From the NCBI GenBank assembly GCA_045592085.1, contig JAZNUD010000018.1, positions 5,145-69,144 of the forward strand: DNA of 64,000 bases, in the 5' to 3' direction. The notes below the pieces were generated by a model. The model saw only the letters and a list, made by a program, of their open reading frames with translations, did not search any database and had not been told where the DNA came from. The stretch comes from Acutalibacteraceae bacterium (GTDB taxonomy: Bacteria > Bacillota > Clostridia > Oscillospirales > Acutalibacteraceae). Below are positions 47,734 to 60,600 of the stretch, in pieces. Within the stretch, counting starts at the first letter, position 1; each line of letters opens with the position of its first letter. Made by a program: the position numbers and the translations under genes.

Positions 47734-50700
47734 ATGTCAACTTCTAAACGCATTCTCAGCTTTATCATGGCTCTTGCTATGGTAATGACAATGTTCTCGG
47801 GCGTTGGTGTTGTATTTGCTTCTGCAGCAGAAGAAACATATTACACCGGCTCTGAATCAGTTGGTATTGATACACTGGCTGATTTCGCAGCTCTCGGCTA
47901 CGACAAGACACAGCAGAAGTTTTATATGTACCTCGGCGTTGACTACTATGAGCAGAACGCTGCAGGCGAATGGGAACTGACTGACCACTATGTTCAGCCC
48001 GGTGCCCAGCTCAGAGGTGAAGTACACTTCAAGACAAATATGTATACCGGTTCCGGTATGGCTATTTACTTCAACTTTGACAGAAACTTCTTCGATATCA
48101 CAAACGGTAAGGGTGCAACATACCCCGCAACCGCAAACTCCTACGACCCCGATCAGGTTAAGTATCCCACAGAAAACTATCCTTACAACATTGCTCACGA
48201 CGCTAATGACGGCGCAGCAATCAACGGTGATAACCCCATCGTTTCTGCTGAAGAAATCAACTTCAAGTATACAACCAAGTGGGCAAGAAACGTTCCCGGT
48301 TTTAAAGAGCAGTCAAATGCTAACTTCCATGGAATCGCTCTTTCCGAATCCGACGAATGGGACCTTTGGTATGTAAACGTTGGTACAGGTACAGTTAACT
48401 CCTATGCTTTCGAGTTTGAAACTGACGAGTACTTCTTCACATTCGACGTTAAGGTCAGAGAGTTTATGCCTGACGGCGTAACAAAGCTTGCAGACGGCAC
48501 AGTAGGTTCTGTAACACTTGATAAGCGTTGCTGGACAATTTATGATAACGCTGCACACGCAGGTACAAACACAGCATCAAGAAGAGTAGGTAACATCGGT
48601 ACTTACTACGAACTCATCAAGGAATCATCCATCAAGAGAATGAACCTTCAGAACTGGTTCACAATCGACGATTTCTATACTGATGACTGTAACCACACCT
48701 TCACAATCGGTAAGCCTACCGCAGCAGGCAAAGAGCACACTGCAACATTCACAGTTGACGGCGAAACTTACGGTGACGCATTAACTGTTAAGGAAGGCGC
48801 AGAAATCGCTGCTCCCGCAACTGCCCCTGTAAAGGCCGGTTACACATTCAAGGGCTGGGCTCTTGACGGCACAACAACTGTTCTCGAATTCCCCCAGACA
48901 ATGGGTACGGAAGACGTAACATACGTTGCTATCTTCGAAGCTCTTCCCAAGTTCACAGCAACATTCCTTGCAGACGGCGTTCAGGTCGGCGAAGTTAAGG
49001 AATACTATGAAGGCGAAACAATCGAAGCTCCCGCATCACCCACAAAGCTTGGTTACAACTTCGTTGGTTGGGAACCCGAAGTAGGTGAAATGGGCTCAGC
49101 TGACGTTGTATTCAACGCAGTATTTGAAGCAAAGACCTACACAGCAACTTGGATTGTTGACGGTGAAGAATACGATACAACAACCGCAACATTCGATGCA
49201 GCATACGAGCTTCCCACCGAACCTTCACTTGAAGGCAAGACATTCGCAGGCTGGTATGCAGATGCATCCTTCGCAACTTCCATTGCTGACAAGCACACAG
49301 TTGACGCTGACGTAACATTCTACGCTAAGTTCACAACTGATGTATTTACAATCACATTCGATACAGACGGTGGCTCACCTATCGCTCCTGTTGAATATGC
49401 ATACGGCGCAACAGTTGTTGCTCCCACAGCTCCCACAAAGACCGGCTACACATTCGCAGGTTGGTCACCCGAACTTCCCACAACTATGCCCGCTAACAAC
49501 GTAACAGTTGTTGCTCAGTGGACAGCAGTTGCATCAGGCGCATACTTCTACGACGGCGACAGCCTTGAGGCTGAAATCCCCGGCGTATACGGTGACGTTA
49601 TCACAGTTGCTCAGGTTCCTGTTCTTACCAAGCTCGGTTACACATTCAAGGGCTGGTTCGATGCTGACGGCAACGAAGTAACATTCCCCTACACACTCGG
49701 CATAGAGGCTCTCACAGTTTATGCTGTTTGGACTCCCATCGATCTCTACATCGAGTTCTATAACGGCGATGAATGGCTCACCGGTAGCAACCAGAGCGTT
49801 GGTAGCGCAATCGTTACTCCTGATGCACCCTCAAAGACAGGTTATGAGTTTGTTGGTTGGGTTGACGAAGACGGCAATGCAATGCCCGATACAGTTCCCG
49901 CAGCAGCAGCAGGCACACAGTTTGTTTACTTCGCAACATTCAGAGCTGAAATGTACGAAGCAGTATTCATGAACGGCGACGAAGTTTACGATACCTTCGA
50001 GGGCGTATATCAGTCCGCTATCACAGCTCCCGCTGATCCCGAGATGGAAGGCTACACATTCCAGTACTGGGCAAAGCAGGGCACAACCGCTAAGGTTGAC
50101 TTCACAAAGGCTAAGATGCCTCTTAACGGTGTAACATATGTTGCTATCTATAAGATCAACTCTTATACAGTAACATACTTCATCGACGACGTACAGGTAT
50201 GGCAGGATACATACGAATACGGCGCAGCTATTACACCTTACACACCTGACCTTCCTGAAGGCACAACCTTCTCAGGCTTCGGTGAAATTCCCGCAACAAT
50301 GCCTGCTGAGAACCTTGAGTTCCGCGGCCAGACAGGTGTTGCAAGCTACACAGTAACATTCACCATCAACGGTGAAGAATATAAGACTCTCAGCTTCGGA
50401 TACGGCGCAGCAGTTACAGCTCCCGCTTATGATATCCCTGAAGGCTACAGCTTCTCAGGTTGGGATCTTCCTGCAGCAATGCCCGCTGAAAACATCACTC
50501 TCGACGCTTCCCTTACTATCAACAAGTACTGGGCAAGATTCTGGCTTGATGAAGAAAAGACTCAGCTTTACCACGAAGTTGAAGTAACATACGGCGAAGA
50601 AATCGAATTCCCCGAGGATCCCACAGAAGCTGATATCCCCGGCCATACATTCGATATCTGGGATGATGACACCATCACCACAATGCCCGCATACAACGTA

Positions 50701-53547
50701 GATTACGTTGCTATCACAAACAAGATTCCTTACACAATTGCATTCCTTAACGAAGACGGCTCCGCTATTGACGGCGCTGAGTGGATCGGTTACTACGGTG
50801 ATGTTATCACTGAAGATGATGCTCCCGTTGTTACTAAGGAAGGCTTTGAGTTCAAGGGCTGGACTGTAAACGGCGAAAAGGTTACTCTTCCCTATACAGT
50901 TAAGGGCGACACAACCTTCACAGCATCCTTCGGCGTTGTTGCATACGAGGTTATCTGGTATGTTGACGGCAAGGAAGTTTACAGAGATACCTATGACTTC
51001 GGCGATGCTATCGTTATGAGAGCTGACGAAGTTAAGGAAGGCTACACATTCTCAGGTTGGGATACTGACCTCACAGGTATGACAATGCCCGCAGAGGACA
51101 TCGAAGTTAACGGTACATTCACAGTTAACGTTTACGATGCACTCTTCTATGCAGACGGCGAGCTCATCGAAACAGTTCCCACAAACTTCGGCGAAATCCC
51201 CGCAGCTCCCAAGGCACCTGAAAAGACAGGTTATGCATTCATCGGTTGGGCTCCCGCACTTGCTCCCATGGTAGTAGCTCCCGAAGGCGTAAGATACGAT
51301 GCTGTTTACTCAGCAGGCGCAGTTGCTTACACAGTTGAGATCTACACAATGGATACAGAAGGCGTTTACGGTGCACCCGAAACTCTCACAATGAGCGCTA
51401 ATGCAGACGCAGCTATCAGCTATGCTCCCGCTGCAAAGACCGGCTTCACAGTTGATGCTGACGCTTCAGTACTTGAAGGCACAGCAGCTGCTGACGGCTC
51501 ATCAGTACTTAAGGTTTACTACATCCGTGACCAGTATGACTTCACAATCATCGTTGACGGCGAAGCAACAACTGAAACTTACTACTATGACGAGGCAGTT
51601 ACAGCTCCTGCAGATCCCGTTAAGGAAGGTTATGACTTCATCGGTTGGGACGGCACAGTTCCCACCACAATGCCTGCTCGTGACGTAACTCTTACTGCAA
51701 GATTCGTTATCCTTCAGTTCACAATTACGTTCGTAACAGACGGTGGCACAACAATCACACCCATCAAGGCAGACTACGGCACCGCTGTTGTAGCTCCTGC
51801 TGATCCCACTAAGACAGGTTACACATTCGATGGTTGGGATAAGGAAATTCCCAAGACCATTCCTGCAGAAGACGTAACAATCACTGCTAAGTGGACAATC
51901 AACCAGTACACAATCACATTCGCTAACACAGGCGATACAGTAATCGATGATATCAAGCAGGATTACAACACAGCTGTTACAGCTCCCGCTGATCCTGAAA
52001 AGCTCGGTTACACATTCACAGGCTGGGATGTAGAAGTTCCCAAGACAATGCCTGCTGAAAACATCACAATCACAGCAACATGGAAGGTTAACCAGTACCC
52101 CGCAACCTTCATCATCGACGGCAAGACAGAAACCGTTGCTACAAACTTCGGTGAAGTTCCCGTTGCTCCTGAAGCAGTTAAGTACGGTTACACATTCACA
52201 AGCTGGGATGTTGAACTTGCTCCCATGGGCGTTGACGGCGCAACATACACAGCTGTATTCGCAGCTAACAAGTATGATGCAACATTCGACGCTGCAGGCG
52301 GTAAGTGGGCAGACGGCGAAACTGTTAAGTATGATAAGGACGTTGAGTTCGATTCAGCTATCACAGCTCCCGCTGAAGATCCCACCAAGGAAGGCTACAT
52401 CTTCGCAGGCTGGACACCCGCAGTTGGTGACATGACTGTTGAAGGCGGCATGACCTTCACCGCAACATGGACTCAGGACCTCGACTTCTGCCGTGTTCAG
52501 AGCGTAACAAGAGTAACTGAAAAAGTTTACGGTCCGCAGCTCGCTAACTACGAAATCAAGGTTATGGGCAGCCCCGTTAAGATTCAGCTTTGCTATGCTG
52601 ACGCTACAAGCGTTACATGGACATTTGACAGAAACGATGCTAAGGTTGATGCTGACGGCGCATCTTCAGGCCTTGTAAAGGTTGAAACATTCAACGCCGG
52701 CACAGACGAAGCATACGAGATCTGGACAATCCGCACAGTTCTTACAGAGGATAACTACAAGGTTCGTGCAAAGGTTGATTACACATCATCCTCTTGGGAA
52801 TCACTCGAATTCGCATTCGATTACACTGTAGTATACGACGTAGAACCCGTTGCAACAACAATGGTTTACGAAGTAACAGCTTCTGCAGCTTCCGTACAGC
52901 GCGGTAAGCAGGCAACAATCACAGTTGTTACTGACGCATCCGTATCAAGACTTCAGCTCAGAATGCAGAAGGCTGATGGCACATACACAACAGTTACCTA
53001 CGCTCCCACATCATCTGCTGTATCCTATGACGATGCAACACTTGCTGCAGAGAACAAGGCAACATGGGCTATCACAATCACCTTCACATATTCAGGCACA
53101 GCTGAATCACAGACTCAGACTTGGGAAGTTTGGTACCGTGTAGGCACCGCTGCTTGGGCTGATTCTGAAAAGTCAGCAGAAGTTAAGGTTACAAGACTTG
53201 CTGTAGCAGCTCCCGTTGCTCCCGGCGAACAGGCTCCTTACTCGGTAATCTCCGTAGAGATTGCAGAGCCTTCAGTTAAGGTTGCAACTGAAGTTAAGAT
53301 TACTGTTGTCACCACAAATGACATCACAAGAGTACGTCTTAACAACACAGAGCTTGGCAAGACTGCAACATACCTCAAGACATCCAAGAACCTCGTTCTT
53401 ACTGAGAACGCAGAAGCAGGCACATACACTTGGGAAATCACTTACAGATTCGGTATTGTTTCCGATAATCAGCAGTGGTTCGCACAGTGCCGTGGCACAT
53501 CTTGGTCAGCACTTGAGAAGAGCTTCACAGTAAACGTTACTGAATAA
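47734..53547 (+). CDS. Giant secreted protein: N-terminal cohesin-like domain, many InlB B-repeats (Flg_new), C-terminal beta-rich repeats
   Basis: AAGGAGG RBS; signal peptide; many P.K.GY.F.GW...MP...T..A.W/F units. Confidence 0.85.
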   Translation: MSTSKRILSFIMALAMVMTMFSGVGVVFASAAEETYYTGSESVGIDTLADFAALGYDKTQQKFYMYLGVDYYEQNAAGEWELTDHYVQPGAQLRGEVHFKTNMYTGSGMAIYFNFDRNFFDITNGKGATYPATANSYDPDQVKYPTENYPYNIAHDANDGAAINGDNPIVSAEEINFKYTTKWARNVPGFKEQSNANFHGIALSESDEWDLWYVNVGTGTVNSYAFEFETDEYFFTFDVKVREFMPDGVTKLADGTVGSVTLDKRCWTIYDNAAHAGTNTASRRVGNIGTYYELIKESSIKRMNLQNWFTIDDFYTDDCNHTFTIGKPTAAGKEHTATFTVDGETYGDALTVKEGAEIAAPATAPVKAGYTFKGWALDGTTTVLEFPQTMGTEDVTYVAIFEALPKFTATFLADGVQVGEVKEYYEGETIEAPASPTKLGYNFVGWEPEVGEMGSADVVFNAVFEAKTYTATWIVDGEEYDTTTATFDAAYELPTEPSLEGKTFAGWYADASFATSIADKHTVDADVTFYAKFTTDVFTITFDTDGGSPIAPVEYAYGATVVAPTAPTKTGYTFAGWSPELPTTMPANNVTVVAQWTAVASGAYFYDGDSLEAEIPGVYGDVITVAQVPVLTKLGYTFKGWFDADGNEVTFPYTLGIEALTVYAVWTPIDLYIEFYNGDEWLTGSNQSVGSAIVTPDAPSKTGYEFVGWVDEDGNAMPDTVPAAAAGTQFVYFATFRAEMYEAVFMNGDEVYDTFEGVYQSAITAPADPEMEGYTFQYWAKQGTTAKVDFTKAKMPLNGVTYVAIYKINSYTVTYFIDDVQVWQDTYEYGAAITPYTPDLPEGTTFSGFGEIPATMPAENLEFRGQTGVASYTVTFTINGEEYKTLSFGYGAAVTAPAYDIPEGYSFSGWDLPAAMPAENITLDASLTINKYWARFWLDEEKTQLYHEVEVTYGEEIEFPEDPTEADIPGHTFDIWDDDTITTMPAYNVDYVAITNKIPYTIAFLNEDGSAIDGAEWIGYYGDVITEDDAPVVTKEGFEFKGWTVNGEKVTLPYTVKGDTTFTASFGVVAYEVIWYVDGKEVYRDTYDFGDAIVMRADEVKEGYTFSGWDTDLTGMTMPAEDIEVNGTFTVNVYDALFYADGELIETVPTNFGEIPAAPKAPEKTGYAFIGWAPALAPMVVAPEGVRYDAVYSAGAVAYTVEIYTMDTEGVYGAPETLTMSANADAAISYAPAAKTGFTVDADASVLEGTAAADGSSVLKVYYIRDQYDFTIIVDGEATTETYYYDEAVTAPADPVKEGYDFIGWDGTVPTTMPARDVTLTARFVILQFTITFVTDGGTTITPIKADYGTAVVAPADPTKTGYTFDGWDKEIPKTIPAEDVTITAKWTINQYTITFANTGDTVIDDIKQDYNTAVTAPADPEKLGYTFTGWDVEVPKTMPAENITITATWKVNQYPATFIIDGKTETVATNFGEVPVAPEAVKYGYTFTSWDVELAPMGVDGATYTAVFAANKYDATFDAAGGKWADGETVKYDKDVEFDSAITAPAEDPTKEGYIFAGWTPAVGDMTVEGGMTFTATWTQDLDFCRVQSVTRVTEKVYGPQLANYEIKVMGSPVKIQLCYADATSVTWTFDRNDAKVDADGASSGLVKVETFNAGTDEAYEIWTIRTVLTEDNYKVRAKVDYTSSSWESLEFAFDYTVVYDVEPVATTMVYEVTASAASVQRGKQATITVVTDASVSRLQLRMQKADGTYTTVTYAPTSSAVSYDDATLAAENKATWAITITFTYSGTAESQTQTWEVWYRVGTAAWADSEKSAEVKVTRLAVAAPVAPGEQAPYSVISVEIAEPSVKVATEVKITVVTTNDITRVRLNNTELGKTATYLKTSKNLVLTENAEAGTYTWEITYRFGIVSDNQQWFAQCRGTSWSALEKSFTVNVTE

Positions 53548-53586
53548 TTAACGGCTTACTGAAAGACGCTTAAACTAAATCCCCTC

Positions 53587-53623
53587 GGGCCGCAGGAGCT
53601 TGCTCTTGCGGCCTTTTTGTTTT
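53587..53623 (+). terminator. Intrinsic terminator of surface operon 1
   Basis: GGCCGCAGGAG-cttg-CTCTTGCGGCC followed by a T-tract. Confidence 0.85.
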
Positions 53624-53791
53624 ATTGCTTGAAAGGAGAGGAAAATAATACCCCGATGCTCATAAAACGCCTTGTGAGGGCAAATAAAACGATTTGCGGT
53701 GCAGAGACAAATATGGTCTACGAATTGTTAAAACGCAAAAAAGGGGCAAATAAGGAGACTTTTTTGAGCGAAGAGACTAATAAACGTTAAT

Positions 53792-53812
53792 TGTAAAGGT
53801 ATCAGGCTTTAC
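53792..53812. promoter_or_regulatory. Palindromic motif TGTAAAG-N8-CTTTAC, copy 3
   Basis: TGTAAAG gtatcagg CTTTAC. Confidence 0.65.
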
Positions 53813-54436
53813 TTTTTGGAGAAATTATTGAACAAAAAGATAAAAATAATTATAATTACGAATTAAAATCAAAGAAAAATGCACCAAATGAATTTTCGAA
53901 AAAGAAAAATAACCGTCTGAAACAGAAGGCTCCGGATAGTAAAAAACCGAAAAAAAGAATAAAAAATACGTCAATACAAGGTCAGAAAATGCGTCATATT
54001 ATGAACGTTCTGACCTTTTATTTATACAAAATTTTATAAAGAAATGAGAAAATATGCACGAAATAAACCGATGATTAACGTATGAAAAAATGCAGGAAAA
54101 ACCTGATAAAACCGAGGTGTTCAGGTGATGAACAACGGGCAATTTTACGTAAAAAAGCGGTTGAATAATGCGGTATTTTCAGCCTCGGAGGGGTACGATT
54201 CCGATGCAAAAAAAGCAAGGAAAACGCAACAGATCAGAGTGATTATTTCTCAAAAAACGGTGTTTAAGCGATGCTCGAAAGCATAATTTTGCGCTGAAAA
54301 TCAGGCTTGATTCGAGGCAAATTTCGGCGAAAAAAAATGAAATATTTTGCGAATTCAGAATTGAAAAAATGTAATAATCAAAGCATAAAACTTGTTTTTA
54401 TTGTTGAATAAATATTAATAAACTGTGAACAAAACT

Positions 54437-54458
54437 TGTAAAGTTTATTGTCTTTACA
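54437..54458. promoter_or_regulatory. Palindromic motif TGTAAAG-N8-CTTTAC, copy 4
   Basis: TGTAAAG tttattgt CTTTACA. Confidence 0.65.
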
Positions 54459-54589
54459 TGAAATCAAAAAGTTTGTAAATATACTTATTGCACAAAAGCT
54501 GAAATCGTAATTTGTGCAATATAGATATGAGTGAGAAATTTTTATTAAAATTTTATTTATATTTATATATAAGAGATTTTATTATTTTA

Positions 54590-54618
54590 TTGACACTGTT
54601 GACGGGCGGTGATATAAT
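54590..54618 (+). promoter_or_regulatory. Sigma-A promoter for surface-protein operon 2
   Basis: TTGACA-17-TATAAT with extended -10 TGn and AT-rich UP region. Confidence 0.88.
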
Positions 54619-54680
54619 GACAATGTGTAATAGTGACCATCTATTTCATGTTCAAAATCTTTTTAATGGAGGGATTATTT

Positions 54681-57600
54681 TTGAGCAAAGCAAAGAAACT
54701 CATCAGCATGCTTCTCGCGATTCTGATGGTAATGTCGGTTGCACCGGCGTCGGTTATTGCTTCGGCAGTTGAGCCTTCGGCAACGTTCAAGGCTCCCGAT
54801 ACGTCGCTTCTTACTTACTCAACCGATACCAGCGGTACGTCAGAAGTAATCCGTGTTGCAGGCGGTGCCGGTTTGTTTACACGAGGCACAACTGTTGTTG
54901 CTGCAACACCCTCGGGTATTCCCAAGAACGATAGCGGTACTTACATGCATATCGCTTACGACGGTGAAACTCCCGAATTCCCCCTTGTATCCTTCAAGAT
55001 CACAGGTACAAAGCCCACTAAGAACCCGACAATCGCTTCGAACCTCGGTTCAAACTTAACTCTTAAAGCGGAAACTGTCGGCGCTCAGCAGAGTGATGGT
55101 TCGTACCTCTACACTTGGAGAGTTACGGGCGGTACTGCTTCTCAGGGCAGCGTTGTTACTTACACGATTACTTACTACGTTGAAGGTAACAATGATGCGC
55201 AGTACGCATACGCTTACTCCTACGTTGAGGATATCCTCATCATGAACGGTTACGTTGCTTTCAAGCGACTTAACAACAACAAGCACAGACCCGCAACCTG
55301 TCACTCGAACATCGTTCAGATCGGCGGTAGAAACGTTTACTCCGGTTGGTATAACGACACTGCTCAGTTGAGCCAGAGAGGTTACGTTAACTACGCATCA
55401 GGTAATGCGCTCAGCGGTGCTTCCCTTAAGGGTGCAGGTAGTGAAGCTGCGATGTCAACGGATGCCGACGGCTACATCCTCAGCACCGAGGCAACGGTTT
55501 CCGGTACTCCCTATGGCGCTCTCATCAAGCAGAGCTACAACCAGGACGGTAACGAAAACAGCACAACCATCAACGTGTGCTACGGTCTTGACGGTAACAG
55601 AACTGAATCCAAGATCTACATCGATAAGAGAAACGAAACTCTCCAGTCTCTTAACGTCAGAATCACGCTCCAGGCCGGTGAAGCCGGTGACGGCTCCGAC
55701 CACGGTTCAGGCGAAACAGGCGGTAACGACTCTTATCCCTGGCCCGGAACAAACCTCGGCGGCATCGACGTTCTCAGCGGTCCCATCTCATTCGGACAGA
55801 CTGATTCTTGGGATACCGTTAAGAGCAAGTCTATATCCCTTATCAGCATCGGTGAAATCTCACTCAGCTCCAACAAAACATCTATTGCTGACAATGCAAA
55901 TTACGACTACATCGTAACTCATATGAGCGGTTCAGGTCCTGCTCTCCAGAACGGAACAACGAGCTACCAGAACACCACTCTTGTCTATGCTTGGGAAACA
56001 GACACCAACGGTAAGGGCTCAGGTTCAAACTATGAAACAGGTGCTATCGGTACCACGTTCATCGTTTACACCACCGTTGACCTTTACAACATATTCTACG
56101 GCATTATGGCAGGTAAGAACATCACAACAGGTGCTTCTTCCTACACTTGCTCAGATTACATCAAGTACGTTGCTAACTCGGGTGAAACTCCTGCAACCTC
56201 CTCCAACCTTACAATCAACTTCACAAAGGGTGCTCATCCCCAGTCCACACAGTATGGCACAGGCTGGGATGCCTTCCTTGCAGCTTATCAGGAAGCAGGT
56301 AAGATTCTCTCGAAGCCCAACACAAACCAGACCGAGATCAACAACGCCGCAGTAGCACTTATCAATGCTTATAACGGCCTCGGCGGTTTCAACAACAACG
56401 TTAATTACACAATCAAGCACGTTTTGGCAGGTGGATCACAGACAGAAATCGTAAATGCCACAACTGAGGGCTACACTGCTGCTGCTCAGCAGGGTACGGT
56501 TGCTGCAGGTACAAAGATTACTGCTTACGCTGCTACAATCCCCGGTTACACAGTTTCCAGCGACTCCGTTAAGACGGTCACCTTCAGCGGTAAGAACGCA
56601 GAGGAAACAATTACATTCGAATATCAGCCTGTTAACGTAAACGTCAACGCCGATACAAACAACGAAAGCCTCAGCAATGTTAACGTTAACGGCGAAGAAA
56701 AGAATCTTGTTATTCAGTACTATCCCGTTCCCTACCGCGGAACCTTCAATGTTTCAACGGCTACAACAGGTGACGGCGATCCCACAAGACCCGGTGTCGG
56801 CACAAAGGCACATTGGGAATTCGTAGGTTGGTACCGTGCAGAGCCTGCAGACGGTGTGAGCTGGGATGAATCGCAGAGAATCACCTCAACTATCGAGATG
56901 ACATCTCTCAATCCTGTCAACATCTATGCAAGATGGGATACAGCTCCGATCAGCATGTATGCTATGCCTATGATCGATGACGGTACTGTTATCAACAACG
57001 GGAACGAGATCAACCTCGGCTCCGTTAAGCCTACTCCCGACGGCAAGCCTGTTGACTTCAACAGACCTGCTGCAAGCATTATGACTCTTGAAGGTTACGA
57101 GTTCGTTGGCTACTATGAATCCTACAACGGCGGCTTCATGAACGCAGTCAGCTTCCCCGTAGCATTCACGCTCGGCGACAGCGATAAGCATATCGTTGCC
57201 CGTTATGCTGACGTTAATAACAAGATCATCTTCGAGTCAAACGGCGGCACACACTGTGATGACTTTACTTACACTGTAGGCGTTCCCTTCACAGCTGCAG
57301 ATCTTCCCACACCTACAAAGGTTGGTTACAGCTTCGCAGGCTGGTACAGGGATGTTGACCTCAGCAATCCTTTGTTCACCGAAGATGCTCCTTCAGTTAC
57401 AATGAACACCTCAACAGGTATCGTTGTATATGCGAAGTGGGAGGCTAAGCCTCTTACCGTTAAGTTCGACACAGCTCTCGGTGCAAGTACAACAAAGTAC
57501 GATACCAAGACAATCTCTGATCGTGTTGGCGTTGTAAACGAAGTTCTTCCCTCAGAAGACGTTCCTGCTAACCCCAGAAGATTCGGCTATACATTCGAAG

Positions 57601-60600
57601 GCTGGCTTTATAACGGTAACCCCTTCAGTTTTGAGAATCCTCTTCCCGTTGCTGACGATGAAATCACACTCGTTGCAACATGGAGCAAGACTGATGACTC
57701 CGCTTTCATCGAGCTCAATGCTATCGAAAAGAATCTCGGTCAGGAAATCTATCTTGATACCGACGATTCAACAGATGAGGATGATATCGTTCAGCACGGC
57801 GACCTTATCACCGTCAGAATGACCTCCAAGACCAACTTCTCTGTTGGTTCATCACTCTTCATCTTTATGTATGATGCAGATTTCTATGAGCTTCAGGGCA
57901 GCGGCAAGGATGCATTCACACTTAACTATGATGATTCCTACATCGGCGGCATCAATGCCAAGTACTCTGCAGTTACAAACAGCAGCAGTCTTCCCTGGCC
58001 TGACGGCGCTGACAGCACAACATATAATGCAATCCAGATCGCTATCGACCCCACGGTAACAGCTGATGACTTCAACTGCGAACCCATGGACGGCAAGACC
58101 TGGATGATTGAATTCAAACTTAAGGTTAAGGATACGGCAGCAGGCGAAGGCACCATTTATATGGATAATGCCTGGACAAGAACTCCCGATAACATCATGG
58201 GAACAATGTTCTACGGCTGGGCAAAGGATTCCACAGTTTCTGTTATTGAAACAGAAAACAACAAGGTTACTCCCGACCTCGTAGATGCTACCAGAACTCT
58301 TAAGATTGATACAGAAGAGCCTGTCAAGACTACCGTTAACCTCGACGCAAACGGCGGTGCTTGGGCTGATAACGACACAACCAAGACCTATGCAAACGGT
58401 AACGCAGGTTCAGAAATCGCAGGCTATACAAGACCTGACAGACTTGGTTATACTCTTGAAGAAAACGCATGGTATGCAGTTAAGGATGACACAACATCCG
58501 CACAGTGGATTGAAGGCTACTATCCTCCCGAGGATACCCTCACCGCAACCTACTATGCTAACTGGACTCCCAACAACTACCCCGTAGTATTCCATTGGGA
58601 TCAGGGCAGCGATGAAATCTATACCGAAATCAGCGTTCCTTACGAAACCCAGATTGCTGCTGATGCAGTAACCGCTCCCTCAAGACAGGGTTACTCATTC
58701 GCAGGCTGGACTGATGCAGACGGAAACCTGGTCACACTTCCGACTCAGATGAACGTTGCTGATGAAAACGGATATCATCTCTATGCTACATGGACTCCCG
58801 CAACAGATACAAAGTTTACAATCAAGGTTAACTATACTCTCCAGAACACCGGCGCAAATGCTTCCATAAGCCAGCAGAAGGATAAGGCCAATGTCGCATT
58901 CCAGGGCACAACAGGCCAGAGAGTTGCTCTTGTTGAATCAGTTCCCGCAGATGCTGATCCTAATACATTATATATTACTGTAGATCAGCTCGCTGCTGTT
59001 CAGCAGGGTAACTACCTCTACAATGCGGCACTCAACACTCCCGATGAGTTCGGTCACATCGACACTGAAACAATCGCAGGCGACGGCAGCACCGTTCTTG
59101 AAGTTTGGTATGAGGCTAAGATGATGACCTTCACCTTCAATGCAAACGGCGGTACATTCGCAGACGGTAAAGATATTCTTACCAAGTCAGGTAAGTTCCT
59201 TACAGCATTCGGCGGCCTTGCAGATTCAGAGCTTCCCACAAGACAGGGTTATGATTTCGCAGGCTGGAAGACATCAGCAACTACCAATACCACAGCAACT
59301 CTTGCTACTACTTTCAACCGTGAAATTACTTACTATGCTCATTGGACACCCAAGAAGGCTCACGTTCGTTTCATGCTCAGCGAAACCGAACAGTACGGCA
59401 CTCTTATTGAGGTTGATGTCGGTAAGGCTCCCGCTACTCCCGCAGATCCCGTAAAGGCAGGCTGGACGTTCCTTGGCTGGAACACCGATCCCGATGCAAC
59501 AACGGGCGTTAAGACAATTCCCGTTGTTAACGAAGTTGACTCGGCTGATGGATATGCAATCACCTACTACGCAATCTATACAAAGACTCCTTACACATTT
59601 GTCTATTATGTAACAGATCCCGTAACAGGTGCTGTTGAGCAGATCGGCGAAACCGAAACCTATTTCATGGATGACGTTGTTACCGTTAAGGGTACAGACG
59701 GTGCAGACCTCGTTAAGAAGGGCTACACATTCAACGGCTGGACAATCGACGGCGAAGCAGCAGGCGCAACATTCGAAATGCCTGATGCAAACGTTGAAGT
59801 TTACGGTACTTACACAGCCAAGACAATCAAGGTTAAGTTCTATGCTGATGAAGGCGCTTATGCAGGCGGCGAAGCTTACATTGAAGTTGATTCAACCTTC
59901 AACGAAGCAATCAACGTTCCCGCAGAAGCACAGAATCCCTCAAAGGCAGGCTATGACTTTGCAGGTTGGGCAACAGCTGCAGATGCAGAAACAGGCTCAA
60001 CTTCACTCGGCACTCTTACAGAAGAAGCTGCTTCCTTCTATGCAGTTTATGCACCCCAGAAGCATACATATTATATAGATGTATACGAAATGGGTCTTGA
60101 CGGTCAGTATCCTGCTGATCCCACAAGAACAGAAACAGCAGAAGGCTACGTTGACGACACAGTTGAAATCACAAGTGCCGATAACGTAACAGGCTTCACT
60201 CTTGCTACTCCCGCAACTCAGAGCGGTGTTGTTCCTGCAACAGGCGACCTCCGCTTCACAGTTAAGTACGAGCGTAACAAGTACACAGTCAACTACATTG
60301 TTGAAGGTACAGAAACTCCTGTTGAATATTACTTCGGCGCAACAATCGATGCAGCTAACGAGCCTGCAAAGGTTAAGAAGGGCCACAGCTTCACAGCATG
60401 GAGCCCCGCTCTTCCTGAAACAATGCCCGCAGGTGATCTTGAGACAACCGCTCAGTTCAATGCTAACTCCTACACCGTAACTTATAAGGACGGCGATGCG
60501 GTTATCGGTACAGCAACAGTTGTTTACGATAACGACATTCCCTCAAAGCCCGCAGATGCATCTAACCCCAGCAAGACAGGTTATACCTTCCTTGGTTATG

